64,000 bases of DNA from Microbacterium sp. (GCF_017305435.1 NZ_JAFKIP010000008.1:187216-251215); one strand, 5' to 3'. Counted from the stretch's first letter, positions 46,501 through 57,507 are shown. A program made the numbers and translations. The notes: generated by a model from the letters alone, not told the origin.

Positions 46501-47369
46501 TTCAGCAGCCGGGAGAGCCGCCGATCGGCCAAGAGCTTCCCACCCGTCTGGCACGTGGGACAGTACTCGAGAGAATTGTCCGCGAAGAAGACGCTGCGGA
46601 CCTTGTCCCCGCACACCGGACACGCCTCGCCGCGGCGGCCGTGCACGGCCATGCCGCGGCGCTTCGCGTCCTTCAGGTCAGCGGGCGGCCGACCGGATGC
46701 CTGGGCCACGGCATCCGTCAGCGTCGACCGCATCGCCTCGTAGAGGCGCGTGCGCTCGCCGGGGTCGAGGTTCGCCGCGAGGGCGTACGGCGACATCTTC
46801 GCGGCGTGGAGGATCTCATCGGAGTACGCGTTGCCGACCCCGGCGATGATCGACTGGTCCCGCAGGACACCCTTGATCTGCGTGCGCCGCCCCTCGAGGA
46901 GCGCCGCGAAGACGTCGCGCGTGAACGCCGCGTCCAAGGGGTCGGGACCGAGGCGGGCGACCCCCGGAACACCCTGCGGATCGCGGACCACGTAGACAGC
47001 GAGCGACTTCTTCGTCCCGGCCTCGGTGAGGTCGAGCCCCGAGCCGTCGTCGAAGCCGACGCGCAGGGCGATCGGCGTCTTCCCCGGTCGGATGACGGTG
47101 CTGGGGAGTTTCTCGTACCAGCGCAGCCACCCCGCCTTGGCGAGATGGAAGATGAGGTGGAGCGGGGCGTTCGCGGCATCCATCGACAGGTCGATGAACT
47201 TGCCGTGCCGGGTTGCCGCAGTCACGTGAGCGCCGCGGAGCGCCTCGATGGGCGGGTCGTAGGTCTTCAGCGCGGCGATGTTCGCGACCATCGCCGTCGT
47301 GACCCCGAGGCCGACCGCGCGCTCGGCGAGGAAATCGACGAGACCCTGCACTTCGGGCATCTCCGGCAT
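46497..47369 (-). CDS. Fpg/Nei family DNA glycosylase / AP lyase
   Basis: ORF 46497..47750(-) trimmed to ATG 47369, giving the catalytic N-terminus MPEMPEV. C-terminal zinc finger CPVCG...CPTCQ. Confidence 0.9.
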   Translation of the reverse strand: MPEMPEVQGLVDFLAERAVGLGVTTAMVANIAALKTYDPPIEALRGAHVTAATRHGKFIDLSMDAANAPLHLIFHLAKAGWLRWYEKLPSTVIRPGKTPIALRVGFDDGSGLDLTEAGTKKSLAVYVVRDPQGVPGVARLGPDPLDAAFTRDVFAALLEGRRTQIKGVLRDQSIIAGVGNAYSDEILHAAKMSPYALAANLDPGERTRLYEAMRSTLTDAVAQASGRPPADLKDAKRRGMAVHGRRGEACPVCGDKVRSVFFADNSLEYCPTCQTGGKLLADRRLSRLLK

Positions 47370-47442
47370 GGGGCCATCCTGGCACGTTGCACCGACATGC
47401 GGGTCGGACGTCTGGCCCAGGCGCGTGGCTCGGATGCCGGGC

Positions 47443-48009
47443 TCAGCCGTGGGGCGACGGCCACACCTGAGGGGTGCGATCGTCGGCCTGGAGGAGTGCC
47501 GCCGCCCAGCCGTCGACGCGCCCGGCCTCGCCGATGAGCGCGTCGCGCCGCACGCCCTCGAATCGGAACCCGAGCGCCTGCGCGACGCGCGCCGAGGCGT
47601 CGTTGCCGACGACGGCGTGCCATTCGATCCGGTGCAGTCCCGCCCCGCTCGGCGCGAAGCCCCAATCGAGCACCGTCCGTGCGGCTTCGGTGAGCAGTCC
47701 GCGCCCCCGCGCGGGTGCGGCGAGCCAGTACCCGAGTTCACCCGATCCACGTCCGTCGACGCGGTACAGCCCGACGATCCCGACCAGGGCGCCCGCGTCG
47801 CGGATCGCCCAGACGAGGTGCTCGCCGCTCGCCCAGCCGGCGTGCGCCTTGGCGATGAGCTGGTCCGCGTCTGCCCGCGCGAACGGGGAGGGAACGGAGG
47901 TGTACCGCGGGATCTCGGGGTCCTGACACGCCGCCAATACCGCGTCGGCGTCCGCCGCCTCCGGCACCGACAGCTCCAGGCGGGCCGTCCGCAGCATCAC
48001 CGGTTCCAT
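47443..48009 (-). CDS. GNAT family N-acetyltransferase (RimJ/RimL-like)
   Basis: ORF 47443..48009(-), 188 aa. ELGYWLAPARGRGL acetyl-CoA binding region. Confidence 0.85.
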   Translation of the reverse strand: MEPVMLRTARLELSVPEAADADAVLAACQDPEIPRYTSVPSPFARADADQLIAKAHAGWASGEHLVWAIRDAGALVGIVGLYRVDGRGSGELGYWLAAPARGRGLLTEAARTVLDWGFAPSGAGLHRIEWHAVVGNDASARVAQALGFRFEGVRRDALIGEAGRVDGWAAALLQADDRTPQVWPSPHG

Positions 48010-48058
48010 CCTCCGACCCTATCCGCCGCCCTCGGCGCGGTGGCGCCGGTTGTCCCGA

Positions 48059-48158
48059 CGTACCGTATTCAGTCTCGCGGGTACCGCGACGGGCGCGCCT
48101 GCGCGTAATCCCGCAGGCCAGCGTCGTTTCCGTGCCCGCGCAGACTGAATACGGTACG
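48059..48158. repeat. 100-bp hairpin module E1 with 17-bp perfect arms CGTACCGTATTCAGTCT / AGACTGAATACGGTACG
   Basis: Arms at 48059..48075 and 48142..48158 with a 66-nt spacer. The stem is extendable by CGCGGG/CCCGCG with a 1-nt bulge. It sits in the GNAT/DUF559 divergent intergenic region. Confidence 0.7.
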
Positions 48159-48273
48159 CGCCGCGCTGCCCAGCCGTCGTCATCGTGACCTCCACAAGGC
48201 CGCATTCGGAGGATTGATCCACAGATCGCGATCTCGGCCGCCGCGCGCACGGCGTGCGCAGGAGAGTGGCCGG

Positions 48274-49116
48274 ATGTTCGATGTCTGGACCCGCGCCGAA
48301 CTCCGCGGGAAGGGGATGACCGTTCGCCAGATCCGCCACGCGCTCGCGTCCGGCGCGCTCGTCCGCGCGCGTAAAGGCTTCTACGTCTCCGGGGACGCGC
48401 CAGACGCACACCTTCGCGCAGCGCGCATCGGAGGACGGCTGGCGTGCCTTTCGCTGCTCGCCGAGCTCGGAGTGTTCGTCTTCGACGCGTCGACGCTGCA
48501 CGTGCACATGGAGCGTGGTGACAGCCGCATGCGCACGCCGCACGGCGGCGGTGCCCTGCGCCCGCGGCGTGACCGACGTGATGTCGTCCTCCACTGGCGG
48601 CGACTCGCCGAGCCCGCCTCAGCCGGCGCGGTCGACATCGTCGACGCGGTGGCGCACGCGGTCCGGTGTCAGGAGCCGGGTCGGGCCATCGCGACGATCG
48701 ACAGCGCACTGAACACGCGGCTCCTCTCCGAAGGCCAACTCGACGATGTCTTCGCCCAGCTTCCTCGCCGCCATCAGGTGCTGCGACTTTTCGTCGACGG
48801 TCGCGCGGAGGCCGGCACCGAGACACTGATGCGGCTCATCCTGGTGAAGCTGGGATGCCGGGTCGAGGTGCAGGTCCGCATCGATGGCGTCGGGCGCGTC
48901 GATCTCCTCGTCGACGGGTGGCTGGTCGTCGAATGCGATAGCAAGCAGTTCCACAGCGAGTGGGCGCAGCAACGCACCGACTATCGCCGTGACATGGCGC
49001 TCGCCGTGCGGGGGTACTTCCGCATCCGGTTCCTGGCGGAGGACATCTTTTACCGGCCCGAGACTGTGATCGCAGCCCTCCGAGGTGTGCTGCGGTCGGT
49101 CCGGCGCCCGGTCTGA
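48274..49116 (+). CDS. DUF559 / Vsr-like endonuclease-fold protein with AbiEi-like N-terminal domain
   Basis: ORF 48214..49116(+) trimmed to ATG 48274, preceded by AGGAGA. N-terminus WTRAELRGKGMTVRQIRHALASGALVRARKGFY. C-terminus VDLLVDGWLVVECDSKQFH...RDMALAVRGYFRIRF is typical of actinobacterial DUF559 proteins. Confidence 0.8.
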   Translation: MFDVWTRAELRGKGMTVRQIRHALASGALVRARKGFYVSGDAPDAHLRAARIGGRLACLSLLAELGVFVFDASTLHVHMERGDSRMRTPHGGGALRPRRDRRDVVLHWRRLAEPASAGAVDIVDAVAHAVRCQEPGRAIATIDSALNTRLLSEGQLDDVFAQLPRRHQVLRLFVDGRAEAGTETLMRLILVKLGCRVEVQVRIDGVGRVDLLVDGWLVVECDSKQFHSEWAQQRTDYRRDMALAVRGYFRIRFLAEDIFYRPETVIAALRGVLRSVRRPV

Positions 49117-49149
49117 CTGTCGGGACGCCGACAGCGGATCGCGCGTCGC

Positions 49150-49249
49150 GTACCGTATTCAGTCTCCCTGAGCGCTTGCAGGCCGCTCGACCCCGCATTC
49201 GGGCGGGATCACGGATACAGCGCGCAACGCAGAGACTGAATACGGTACG
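49150..49249. repeat. 100-bp hairpin module E2 with the same 17-bp arms
   Basis: Arms at 49150..49166 and 49233..49249, again with a 66-nt spacer but different internal sequence. It lies between the convergent DUF559 and trpS 3' ends. Confidence 0.7.
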
Positions 49250-49317
49250 CCGCGCGGCCCGACGAACCGCCCCGAAGCGCGGCCCGGCGAGCCCAGGTTG
49301 GCCCGGGGCGGCCCGGA

Positions 49318-50331
<1,014 letters not shown>

Positions 50332-50407
50332 CTATTGAGTGGATGCCACGGGCCCGATCACGTCCGGACTGAGCGCAGCCCGCGTGCGGCCGGCACCCCG
50401 CCGCCGA

Positions 50408-51241
50408 TCAGAACGCGTAGTCGGCGACGACGGGGGCGTGGTCGCTCCAGCGCGTGTCCCACGACGGCGCGCGCACGATGCGGTAGTCGACCACGCGCTC
50501 CGCGAGCGCGGGCGTCGCGAGGTGGTAGTCGATGCGCCAGCCGGTGTCGGTGTCGAACGCCTTGCCGCGGTTCGACCACCACGAGTACGGCCCATCGACC
50601 TCGCCCGCCCAGCGCCGACCCACGTCGACCCAGCCGAGCCCCGGTCCGGTCGATCCGTCCACACCCGTCACCGCCTCGCCCGCGGGTCCGAGGAACCGGT
50701 CGAAGTAGGCGCGCTCCCGCGGCAGGAACCCCGCCTTCTTGACGTTGCCCCTCCAGTTGCGGATGTCGAGTTCTCGGTGCCCGACGTTGAGGTCGCCCGT
50801 GATCACCGCGAGGGGGCCGAGCTGCGGCATCCGCGCCGTCATCGCGTCGAGGAAGGCGTACTTCGCGTCCTGCTTGGGTGTGCCGTCTTCGCCGGTGAAG
50901 ACGTAGGCGCTGACGATCGTGACGGTCTCATCGCCCATGCGGATATCCGCCTCCACCCACCGGCCCTTCGAATCGAGCGCGTCGTCGCCGAGCTCGATGC
51001 GCCAGACGTCGAGCGGCTCCCGGGTGGCGATCGCGACGCCCGCGCGCCCCTTGGCGAGCGCCTCGTCGTTCACGACGTGCCACCCCGGGAGCGCCGCAGC
51101 GAGGTCGGATGCCTCGGCGCGCACCTCCTGCAGGGTCAGGACGTCGACATCCGCGGCATCCAGCCAATCCCGCATGCCCTTCCGGACGGCGGCGCGGATG
51201 CCGTTGACGTTGACGGATGCGAGGCGGAGGTTCTGGGGCAC
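50408..51241 (-). CDS. xthA: Exodeoxyribonuclease III (AP endonuclease)
   Basis: ORF 50408..51241(-), 277 aa. LASVNVNGIRAA, LQEV, and C-terminal SDHAPV motifs. Confidence 0.93.
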   Translation of the reverse strand: MPQNLRLASVNVNGIRAAVRKGMRDWLDAADVDVLTLQEVRAEASDLAAALPGWHVVNDEALAKGRAGVAIATREPLDVWRIELGDDALDSKGRWVEADIRMGDETVTIVSAYVFTGEDGTPKQDAKYAFLDAMTARMPQLGPLAVITGDLNVGHRELDIRNWRGNVKKAGFLPRERAYFDRFLGPAGEAVTGVDGSTGPGLGWVDVGRRWAGEVDGPYSWWSNRGKAFDTDTGWRIDYHLATPALAERVVDYRIVRAPSWDTRWSDHAPVVADYAF

Positions 51242-51250
51242 CGGGACAGC

Positions 51251-52444
51251 CTAACGAGGGCCGCCCACACCGCCGATTCCGGCAGGCGTCTCCGCCTCGA
51301 GCCGGGCGAGTTCGTCCTCCGCGCGCCGCAGGTCGCGGGTCGCGGCCCAGCGTCCCCACCACGCCGCGTCGGCGCGCGCGACATGCGCATCGCGGACGCG
51401 CACCCGCGCGGCGATCAGCAGCGCCTCGTGCTCCTGTCGCCGGCGTTCCTCCTCGGTGACCGGCACCATCGGCACGTCGGCATCCCGCGCGGCGAGGGCG
51501 ACCCAGGATGCCGCGACGAGGATGACGATCCCAACGAGTCGGAACCACAGCAGGAAGCCGATGAACACCGAGAAGGTCGCGAGGAGCGGGTTCGAGGGGG
51601 AGTAGTAGAGGAGGAGCCCCGCGCCGAGCTGGAGGACGACGAGCGCGCCCCCGCCGAGCGCGGCGCCGGGGAGGATGAGCCGCCAGCGCAGCGAGGTTCC
51701 AGTGAGGAACCGGATGAGCGCTGCGAGGGCGGCCGTGTTGATCACGAACGCGACGAGCGCCGACGCGAGACGCCCGGCGATCCAGACCCATCCCGACGAG
51801 CTCTTCCAACCGAAGAACTCGAAGACCGCCTCGATCACCCCCGTGGTGACGCCGGCGAGAGCCGCGCCGATCAGCAGGGCCAGGCCGAACATCGCCGCGG
51901 CGACGAAGTCGCGCGCCTTCAGCAGCACGTAGTTGCGCGTGTCGAACGGCAGGCCGAAGATGTCGCGCACGGCGCGGCGTGTGAAGGTGACGAACCCGAT
52001 CGCCGTCCACAGGGCGACGACGAATGCGACCGCACCGGTGATCGCGAGGACGCTGCCCGACTGCTGGGCGATCTCCGCGACATCCGTCTCGGTGACGAGG
52101 CCCTGCCCCTCCTCCTTGCCGATGATCCCCGGGATGTACGAGTTCATGATCGAGATGAGCCTGGCGACCGCCGACGCGCTGCCGCCCAGCCAGATGCCGA
52201 CGACGGCGAAGGCCGTGTAGATGACGGAGAACATCGCGAACAGCGACTGGTAGCTGATCGCCGCGGCGAGGAGGAACCCGTTGTTGCGCAGGAAGTTCCG
52301 CCACACCCGGATCGGGAACCATGCGAGCGTCTTCCGCGTCAGGTTCGTCGCCCGCTCGATCGGCTCGTCGAGCCGCTCCCGCAGGGGAGACTGCTCCCAG
52401 CGGGCACGCCAGACGTCGTCGATCCGGTCGGGTGTCTCGCTCAC
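51251..52444 (-). CDS. YihY/BrkB family membrane protein
   Basis: ORF 51251..52444(-), 397 aa. LAAAISYQSLFAMFS motif, six TM segments, and a charged coiled C-terminal tail. Confidence 0.85.
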   Translation of the reverse strand: MSETPDRIDDVWRARWEQSPLRERLDEPIERATNLTRKTLAWFPIRVWRNFLRNNGFLLAAAISYQSLFAMFSVIYTAFAVVGIWLGGSASAVARLISIMNSYIPGIIGKEEGQGLVTETDVAEIAQQSGSVLAITGAVAFVVALWTAIGFVTFTRRAVRDIFGLPFDTRNYVLLKARDFVAAAMFGLALLIGAALAGVTTGVIEAVFEFFGWKSSSGWVWIAGRLASALVAFVINTAALAALIRFLTGTSLRWRLILPGAALGGGALVVLQLGAGLLLYYSPSNPLLATFSVFIGFLLWFRLVGIVILVAASWVALAARDADVPMVPVTEEERRRQEHEALLIAARVRVRDAHVARADAAWWGRWAATRDLRRAEDELARLEAETPAGIGGVGGPR

Positions 52445-52514
52445 GCTGTCAGGATATCGAGCGCGGATGCCGGGCCGAGGACGCGCCCCGGGTGCTGACG
52501 AGCCGCGGGCGCGG

Positions 52515-53279
52515 TCAGTGCCGCAGGACGGCCTGCTTGACCTCGGCGATCGCCTTCGTGACCTCGATGCCGCGGGGGCACGCCTCGGTGCAGTTGAAGG
52601 TCGTGCGGCAGCGCCACACGCCCTCCTTGTCGTTGAGGATGTCCAGTCGCGTCGTCGCCGCGTCGTCGCGCGAGTCGAAGATGAACCGGTGCGCGTTGAC
52701 GATCGCCGCCGGCCCGAAGTACTGCCCGTCGGTCCAGAACACGGGGCACGACGAGGTGCACGCCGCGCACAGGATGCACTTGGTCGTGTCGTCGAAGATC
52801 TCGCGGTCGACGATCGACTGGATGCGCTCCTTACCCGCTTCGGGCTTGGAGTTCGCGATGAGGAACGGCTGCACCTCGCGGTACGACGCGAAGAAGGGCT
52901 CCATGTCGACGATGAGGTCCTTCTCCAGCGGCAGACCCTTGATCGCCTCGACGTAGATCGGCTTCGAGATGTCGAGATCCTTGATGAGGGTTTTGCAGGC
53001 GAGGCGGTTGCGGCCGTTGATGCGCATCGCGTCCGAGCCGCAGATGCCGTGCGCGCAGGAGCGGCGGAAGCTCAGCGATCCGTCGACCTCCCACTTGATC
53101 TTGTGCAGCGCGTCGAGCACGCGGTCGGTGGGATAGAGCTCGACGTCGTAATCGACCCAGCGGGGCTCGGCGTCGGTCTCGGGGTCGAACCGGCGGATGT
53201 TGAAGGTGACGAGGTACGACTGGATCGGGGCCTCGCCCGTCGATTCCACGACGGCGGTATCGTCGGCGACGAGCGTCAT
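52515..53279 (-). CDS. sdhB: Succinate dehydrogenase iron-sulfur subunit
   Basis: C-terminal 254 codons of ORF 52515..53915(-), MTLVADD... Cys clusters CAHGICGSDA, CILCAACTSSCP and CTEACP. The start was placed by codon count. Confidence 0.93.
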   Translation of the reverse strand: MTLVADDTAVVESTGEAPIQSYLVTFNIRRFDPETDAEPRWVDYDVELYPTDRVLDALHKIKWEVDGSLSFRRSCAHGICGSDAMRINGRNRLACKTLIKDLDISKPIYVEAIKGLPLEKDLIVDMEPFFASYREVQPFLIANSKPEAGKERIQSIVDREIFDDTTKCILCAACTSSCPVFWTDGQYFGPAAIVNAHRFIFDSRDDAATTRLDILNDKEGVWRCRTTFNCTEACPRGIEVTKAIAEVKQAVLRH

Positions 53280-55114
53280 CAGTACTTCCTCTCCATCGGC
53301 GGGTAGTTCAACTCGCCCGCCTCGTTCTTCGTGAACACCACCGGCTTCCAGTCCAGACGGATGTGGTCCTCCGGGTCGGGGGAGTGCGGGTCGCCCGTGA
53401 GATAGGCCATCGTGTGCTGCATGTAGTTCTCGTCGTCGCGCTTCTCGTAGTCCTCGCGCATGTGGCCGCCGCGGCTCTCCTTGCGGTTGCGGGCGGCGTA
53501 GGCGACGATCTCGGCGAGGTCGAGGAGGAACCCGAGCTCGACGGCCTCGAGCAGGTCGGTGTTGAACCGCTTGCCCTTGTCGTCGACGTGGATGTTCTTG
53601 TAGCGCTGACGCAGGTCGTGGATCGTGCCCATTACGTTGGTGAGGGTCTCCTCCGTACGGAAGACCTGCGCGTTGGCATCCATCTCCTCCTGCAGCGTCT
53701 TGCGGAGAACCGCGATGCGCTCGGTGCCCGGGTTGTTGCGCAGGCCCTCCAACATCTCGCGGACCTCCTTCGCCGGGTCCTCGGGGAGCGGGACGAACTC
53801 GGCCGTCTTGACGTACTCGACGGCCTGGCGACCCGAGCGCTTGCCGAACACGTTGATGTCGAGGAGCGAGTTCGTGCCGAGGCGGTTGGCGCCGTGGACG
53901 GACACGCACGCGCACTCGCCGGCGGCGTAAAGGCCCGGGACGACGGTGTCGTTGTTCTGCAGCACCTCGCCGTTGTTGTTGGTCGGGATGCCGCCCATCG
54001 CATAGTGCGCGGTCGGCATGACCGGGACCGGCTCGGTCACCGGGTCCACGCCCAGGTACGTGCGCGCGAACTCGGTGATGTCGGGGAGCTTCGTCTCGAG
54101 GACCTCGGCGCCGAGGTGGGTGCAGTCGAGGTAGACGTAGTCCTTGTGCGGGCCGGCGCCGCGCCCTTCGAGCACCTCCTTGACCATGCAGCGGGCGACG
54201 ATGTCGCGCGGAGCGAGGTCCTTGATCGTCGGGGCGTAGCGCTCCATGAACCGCTCGCCCGAGGCGTTGCGCAGGATCGCGCCCTCACCGCGGGCGCCCT
54301 CCGTGAGCAGGATGCCGAGGCCGGCGAGACCGGTCGGGTGGAACTGGAAGAACTCGATGTCCTCGAGCGGCAGCCCCTTGCGCCAGACGATGCCGACGCC
54401 GTCGCCCGTGAGGGTGTGGGCGTTGGAGGTCGTCTTGTAGATCTTGCCGAAGCCGCCGGTCGCGAAGATGACCGCCTTCGAGTGGAAGACGTGCAGGTCG
54501 CCGGTGGCGAGCTCGTACGCGACGACGCCCGCGACCTGGGTGTCGCCCGCGGCATCCTTCACCGTGATGAGGTCGAGCGCGTAGTACTCGTTGAAGAAGT
54601 TGATGCCGAGCTTGACGCAGTTCTGGAACAGCGTCTGCAGGATCATGTGGCCGGTGCGGTCGGCGGCGTAGCACGCGCGGCGCACGGGCGTCTTGCCGTG
54701 GTCGGCGGTGTGACCGCCGAAGCGGCGCTGGTCGATCTTGCCCTCGGGGGTGCGGTTGAAGGGCAGCCCCATGTTCTCGAGGTCGATGACGGCGTCGATC
54801 GCCTCCTTGGCGAGGATCTCCGCGGCGTCCTGGTCGACGAGGTAGTCGCCGCCCTTGACGGTGTCGAAGGTGTGCCACTCCCACGAGTCCTCTTCGACAT
54901 TGGCGAGCGCGGCCGCCATGCCGCCCTGCGCGGCGCCCGTGTGCGAGCGTGTCGGGTAGAGCTTCGTGATGACGGCCGTGCGGGCACCGGGGCCCGCCTC
55001 GATCGCCGCACGCATGCCGGCGCCGCCGGCACCGACGATGACGATGTCGAACTCGTGGTAGTACACGCCGTCACGCAGGACGGCTTCGGGATGCGCGGTG
55101 GTCGCGGTGCTCAC
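53279..55114 (-). CDS. sdhA: Succinate dehydrogenase flavoprotein subunit
   Basis: ORF 53279..55114(-), 611 aa, GTG start. FAD motif [13 protein letters not shown], covalent-FAD His in [14 protein letters not shown] motif. Confidence 0.95.
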   Translation of the reverse strand: MSTATTAHPEAVLRDGVYYHEFDIVIVGAGGAGMRAAIEAGPGARTAVITKLYPTRSHTGAAQGGMAAALANVEEDSWEWHTFDTVKGGDYLVDQDAAEILAKEAIDAVIDLENMGLPFNRTPEGKIDQRRFGGHTADHGKTPVRRACYAADRTGHMILQTLFQNCVKLGINFFNEYYALDLITVKDAAGDTQVAGVVAYELATGDLHVFHSKAVIFATGGFGKIYKTTSNAHTLTGDGVGIVWRKGLPLEDIEFFQFHPTGLAGLGILLTEGARGEGAILRNASGERFMERYAPTIKDLAPRDIVARCMVKEVLEGRGAGPHKDYVYLDCTHLGAEVLETKLPDITEFARTYLGVDPVTEPVPVMPTAHYAMGGIPTNNNGEVLQNNDTVVPGLYAAGECACVSVHGANRLGTNSLLDINVFGKRSGRQAVEYVKTAEFVPLPEDPAKEVREMLEGLRNNPGTERIAVLRKTLQEEMDANAQVFRTEETLTNVMGTIHDLRQRYKNIHVDDKGKRFNTDLLEAVELGFLLDLAEIVAYAARNRKESRGGHMREDYEKRDDENYMQHTMAYLTGDPHSPDPEDHIRLDWKPVVFTKNEAGELNYPPMERKY

Positions 55115-55172
55115 GTCAGGGATGCCTTCGTCTTCTTCTTCGTCGTCTTCTCGAGCGCGCTCAGGATGCCGC

Positions 55173-55664
55173 TCAGGCGGCCGAGCACATCTCGATCAGC
55201 CAGTCGGTCGTCGAGTTCTCGATGCCCAGGCACGGGTCGAACGTGAAGACGACGAGCGTGCCGAGGAGGATCAGGAACCCGGCCGCGATCCACAGCGCCC
55301 ACACCAGGACCTTGCGGGTGGTCGCGCCGGTCACGTAGTCGTTCACGATCGTGCGCATGCCGTTGGCGCCGTGGATGAGGGCGAGCCACAGCATCAGCAC
55401 GTCCCACCACTGCCAGAACGGGCTCGCGAACTTTCCGGCGACGAACGCGAAGTCGATGCCGTGGATGCCTTCGCCGAGCATCAGGTTCACGAAGAGGTGC
55501 CCGAAGATGAGCACGACCAGCAGCACACCCGAGATGCGCATATACAGCCAGCCGAACTTCTCGAGGTTGCGGCCCCGGCCGCGCGGGCGGGGAGTGCGGG
55601 GGGCGGCGATGTCGGCGAGGTGCGCGTCGAGCTCGCGTTCCTGTGCGTCGTGGACGAAGGACAT
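55173..55664 (-). CDS. sdhD: Succinate dehydrogenase hydrophobic membrane anchor subunit
   Basis: C-terminal 163 codons of ORF 55173..56009(-), MSFVHDAQ... Three TM segments. Position between sdhC and sdhA. Confidence 0.82.
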   Translation of the reverse strand: MSFVHDAQERELDAHLADIAAPRTPRPRGRGRNLEKFGWLYMRISGVLLVVLIFGHLFVNLMLGEGIHGIDFAFVAGKFASPFWQWWDVLMLWLALIHGANGMRTIVNDYVTGATTRKVLVWALWIAAGFLILLGTLVVFTFDPCLGIENSTTDWLIEMCSAA

Positions 55665-56098
55665 CAGTGACCCCCTCCCGCGTTCGCGAAGACGTTCATC
55701 AGGTGGCGCGGCGCGAAGCCGGCGAGCGTCACGGCCCACAGGCCGATGACGCCCCACCACAGCTGACGCTGGTGGCGCGTCGCCCAGGGCCAGAGATCGA
55801 CCGCGATGATGCGCAGGCCGTTGTAGGCGTGGTAGGCGATCGCGGCGACGAGGAACACCTCGCCGATGCCCATGATCGGGTTCTTGTACGTGCCGATGAC
55901 CGCGTCGTACGCCTCGGGGGAGAGGCGGATGAGCGCCGTGTCGAGCACGTGCACGAGCAGGAAGAAGAAGATGGCGACGCCGGTGATGCGGTGCAGGACC
56001 CACGACCACATGCCCTCATTGCCGCGGTACAGCGTGCCGCGCGGGGTCTTGGACGTGGTCTGGGCTACCGACGGTGTGACGCGTGCTGGTGCAGACAC
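55664..56098 (-). CDS. sdhC: Succinate dehydrogenase cytochrome b subunit
   Basis: ORF 55664..56197(-) trimmed to GTG 56098, preceded by GGGAGGA. MWSWVLHRITGVAIFFFLLVHV heme-ligand region. Confidence 0.85.
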   Translation of the reverse strand: MSAPARVTPSVAQTTSKTPRGTLYRGNEGMWSWVLHRITGVAIFFFLLVHVLDTALIRLSPEAYDAVIGTYKNPIMGIGEVFLVAAIAYHAYNGLRIIAVDLWPWATRHQRQLWWGVIGLWAVTLAGFAPRHLMNVFANAGGGH

Positions 56099-56242
56099 GG
56101 TCGTCCTCCCTTGGTGTGATCGGACGCGACGCTGCGGCGAGCGGGACGTCCGCGGGGCCGCGGGGCCCGACTCGTCGCACACGGGGCGCAATCTCATCCT
56201 AAGTCGCCCTCCCGCGACCCGGCGAGGAAGGGGACCCTAACT

Positions 56243-56260
56243 TCTCTCGATATCGAGAGA
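56243..56260. promoter_or_regulatory. Perfect 18-bp palindrome TCTCTCGATATCGAGAGA between sdhC and manC
   Basis: Read directly from the sequence. It lies 145 nt upstream of the sdhC GTG and 123 nt upstream of the manC ATG, in a 284-bp divergent intergenic region. Confidence 0.5.
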
Positions 56261-56382
56261 TCGGCAGGAAAGGGCCTTCTTTCGGATGGGCGGCGGTCCC
56301 CCGTCTTTCGGGGGTGGAGCGTGGATGCCGCGGGGGATGCGCGCGGACCCTCCCGGAAACATGGGACCGATAGTCTCGAACC

Positions 56383-57498
56383 ATGGTGCACCCCATCGAC
56401 GACTTCTACGCCGTGATCCCCGCCGGAGGGGTGGGCTCGAGGCTCTGGCCCCTGTCGCGGGCCGATGCGCCCAAGTTCCTCCACGACCTCACCGGGTCCG
56501 GCCACTCGCTGCTGCGCGACACGTGGGACCGGCTCGAGCCGCTCACCGGACACGACCGGATCGCCGTCGTGACCGGGCGCGCGCACCGCGCCGCCGTCGA
56601 GGACCAGCTCCCCGGCATCCCCGACGCGAACGTCATCCTCGAGTCGGAACCGCGCGACTCCGCGGCGGCGATCGGTCTGGCGGCCGCGATCCTCCACCGC
56701 CGGGAACCCGACGTCATCATCGGCTCGTTCGCGGCCGATCACGTCATCCGCGTGCTGCCGGTGTTCCACTGGGCCGTCGAGCAGGCCGTCGCCGTCGCCC
56801 GCCAGGGGTACATCTGCACGATCGGGATCACCCCGACCGAGCCCTCCGTCGGCTTCGGCTACATCAAGAAGGCCGACATCCTCACGGTCGAGGGCGCGCC
56901 CGAAGGAGCTCTCGTCGAGCGCTTCGTCGAGAAGCCCGACCTCGAGACCGCCAAGGAGTACGTGGCATCCCGCGACTACCTGTGGAACGCGGGCATGTTC
57001 ATCTCGCGGGCGGACGTGCTCCTCGCCGAGATCGAGGCGAACAACCCCGAGCTGTACGCGGGCCTCATGGAGCTCGCCGAGGCGTGGGACGACCGCGAAC
57101 GGCGCGGCCCCGTCGTCGACCGGGTGTGGCCGCGGCTGGAGAAGATCGCAATCGACTACGCCGTCGCCGAGCCGGCCGCCGCGAAGGGCCGCCTCGCCGT
57201 CGTGCCGGGCCACTTCGACTGGGACGACGTGGGCGACTTCGCGAGCCTCGCGAAGCTCAACTCCGGCGGGCGGAAGAACGATCTCGCGATCCTCGGCGAG
57301 AACGCCCGCATCCTGTCGGATGCCGCGAGTGGCATCGTCGTCAGCCACACGAACCGCGTCATCAGCCTCATCGGCGTCAAGGACATCGTCGTCGTCGACA
57401 CCCCCGATGCCCTCCTCGTGACGACGAGCGAGCACGCGCAGCGCGTGAAGGGCGTCGTGGATGCCTTGAAGCTGACCGGTCGCGGCGACGTCCTCTGA
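56383..57498 (+). CDS. manC: Mannose-1-phosphate guanylyltransferase (GDP-mannose pyrophosphorylase)
   Basis: ORF 56383..57498(+), 371 aa. Nucleotidyltransferase loop VIPAGGVGSRLWPLSR and FVEKP motif. Confidence 0.88.
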   Translation: MVHPIDDFYAVIPAGGVGSRLWPLSRADAPKFLHDLTGSGHSLLRDTWDRLEPLTGHDRIAVVTGRAHRAAVEDQLPGIPDANVILESEPRDSAAAIGLAAAILHRREPDVIIGSFAADHVIRVLPVFHWAVEQAVAVARQGYICTIGITPTEPSVGFGYIKKADILTVEGAPEGALVERFVEKPDLETAKEYVASRDYLWNAGMFISRADVLLAEIEANNPELYAGLMELAEAWDDRERRGPVVDRVWPRLEKIAIDYAVAEPAAAKGRLAVVPGHFDWDDVGDFASLAKLNSGGRKNDLAILGENARILSDAASGIVVSHTNRVISLIGVKDIVVVDTPDALLVTTSEHAQRVKGVVDALKLTGRGDVL

Positions 57499-57507
57499 CG
57501 CGCCACC

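Noticed and set aside
48059-49249. Integron gene cassette (attC-like hairpins), or an IS/MITE pair flanking the DUF559 gene.
   Set aside because: There is no GTTRRRY core site and no integrase or transposase in the window. I could identify no target-site duplication. The spacers of the two modules are unrelated, unlike copies of a MITE. The locus is kept as an open finding rather than called a mobile element.
53277-53282. Apparent 1-nt discrepancies between my hand count of the printed sequence and ORF-track coordinates, at the sdhA/sdhB junction and near 27530-27541. They could have suggested a frameshift.
   Set aside because: The ORF-track lengths are internally consistent and both reading frames are continuous. 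I attribute the mismatch to my manual counting, not to biology.
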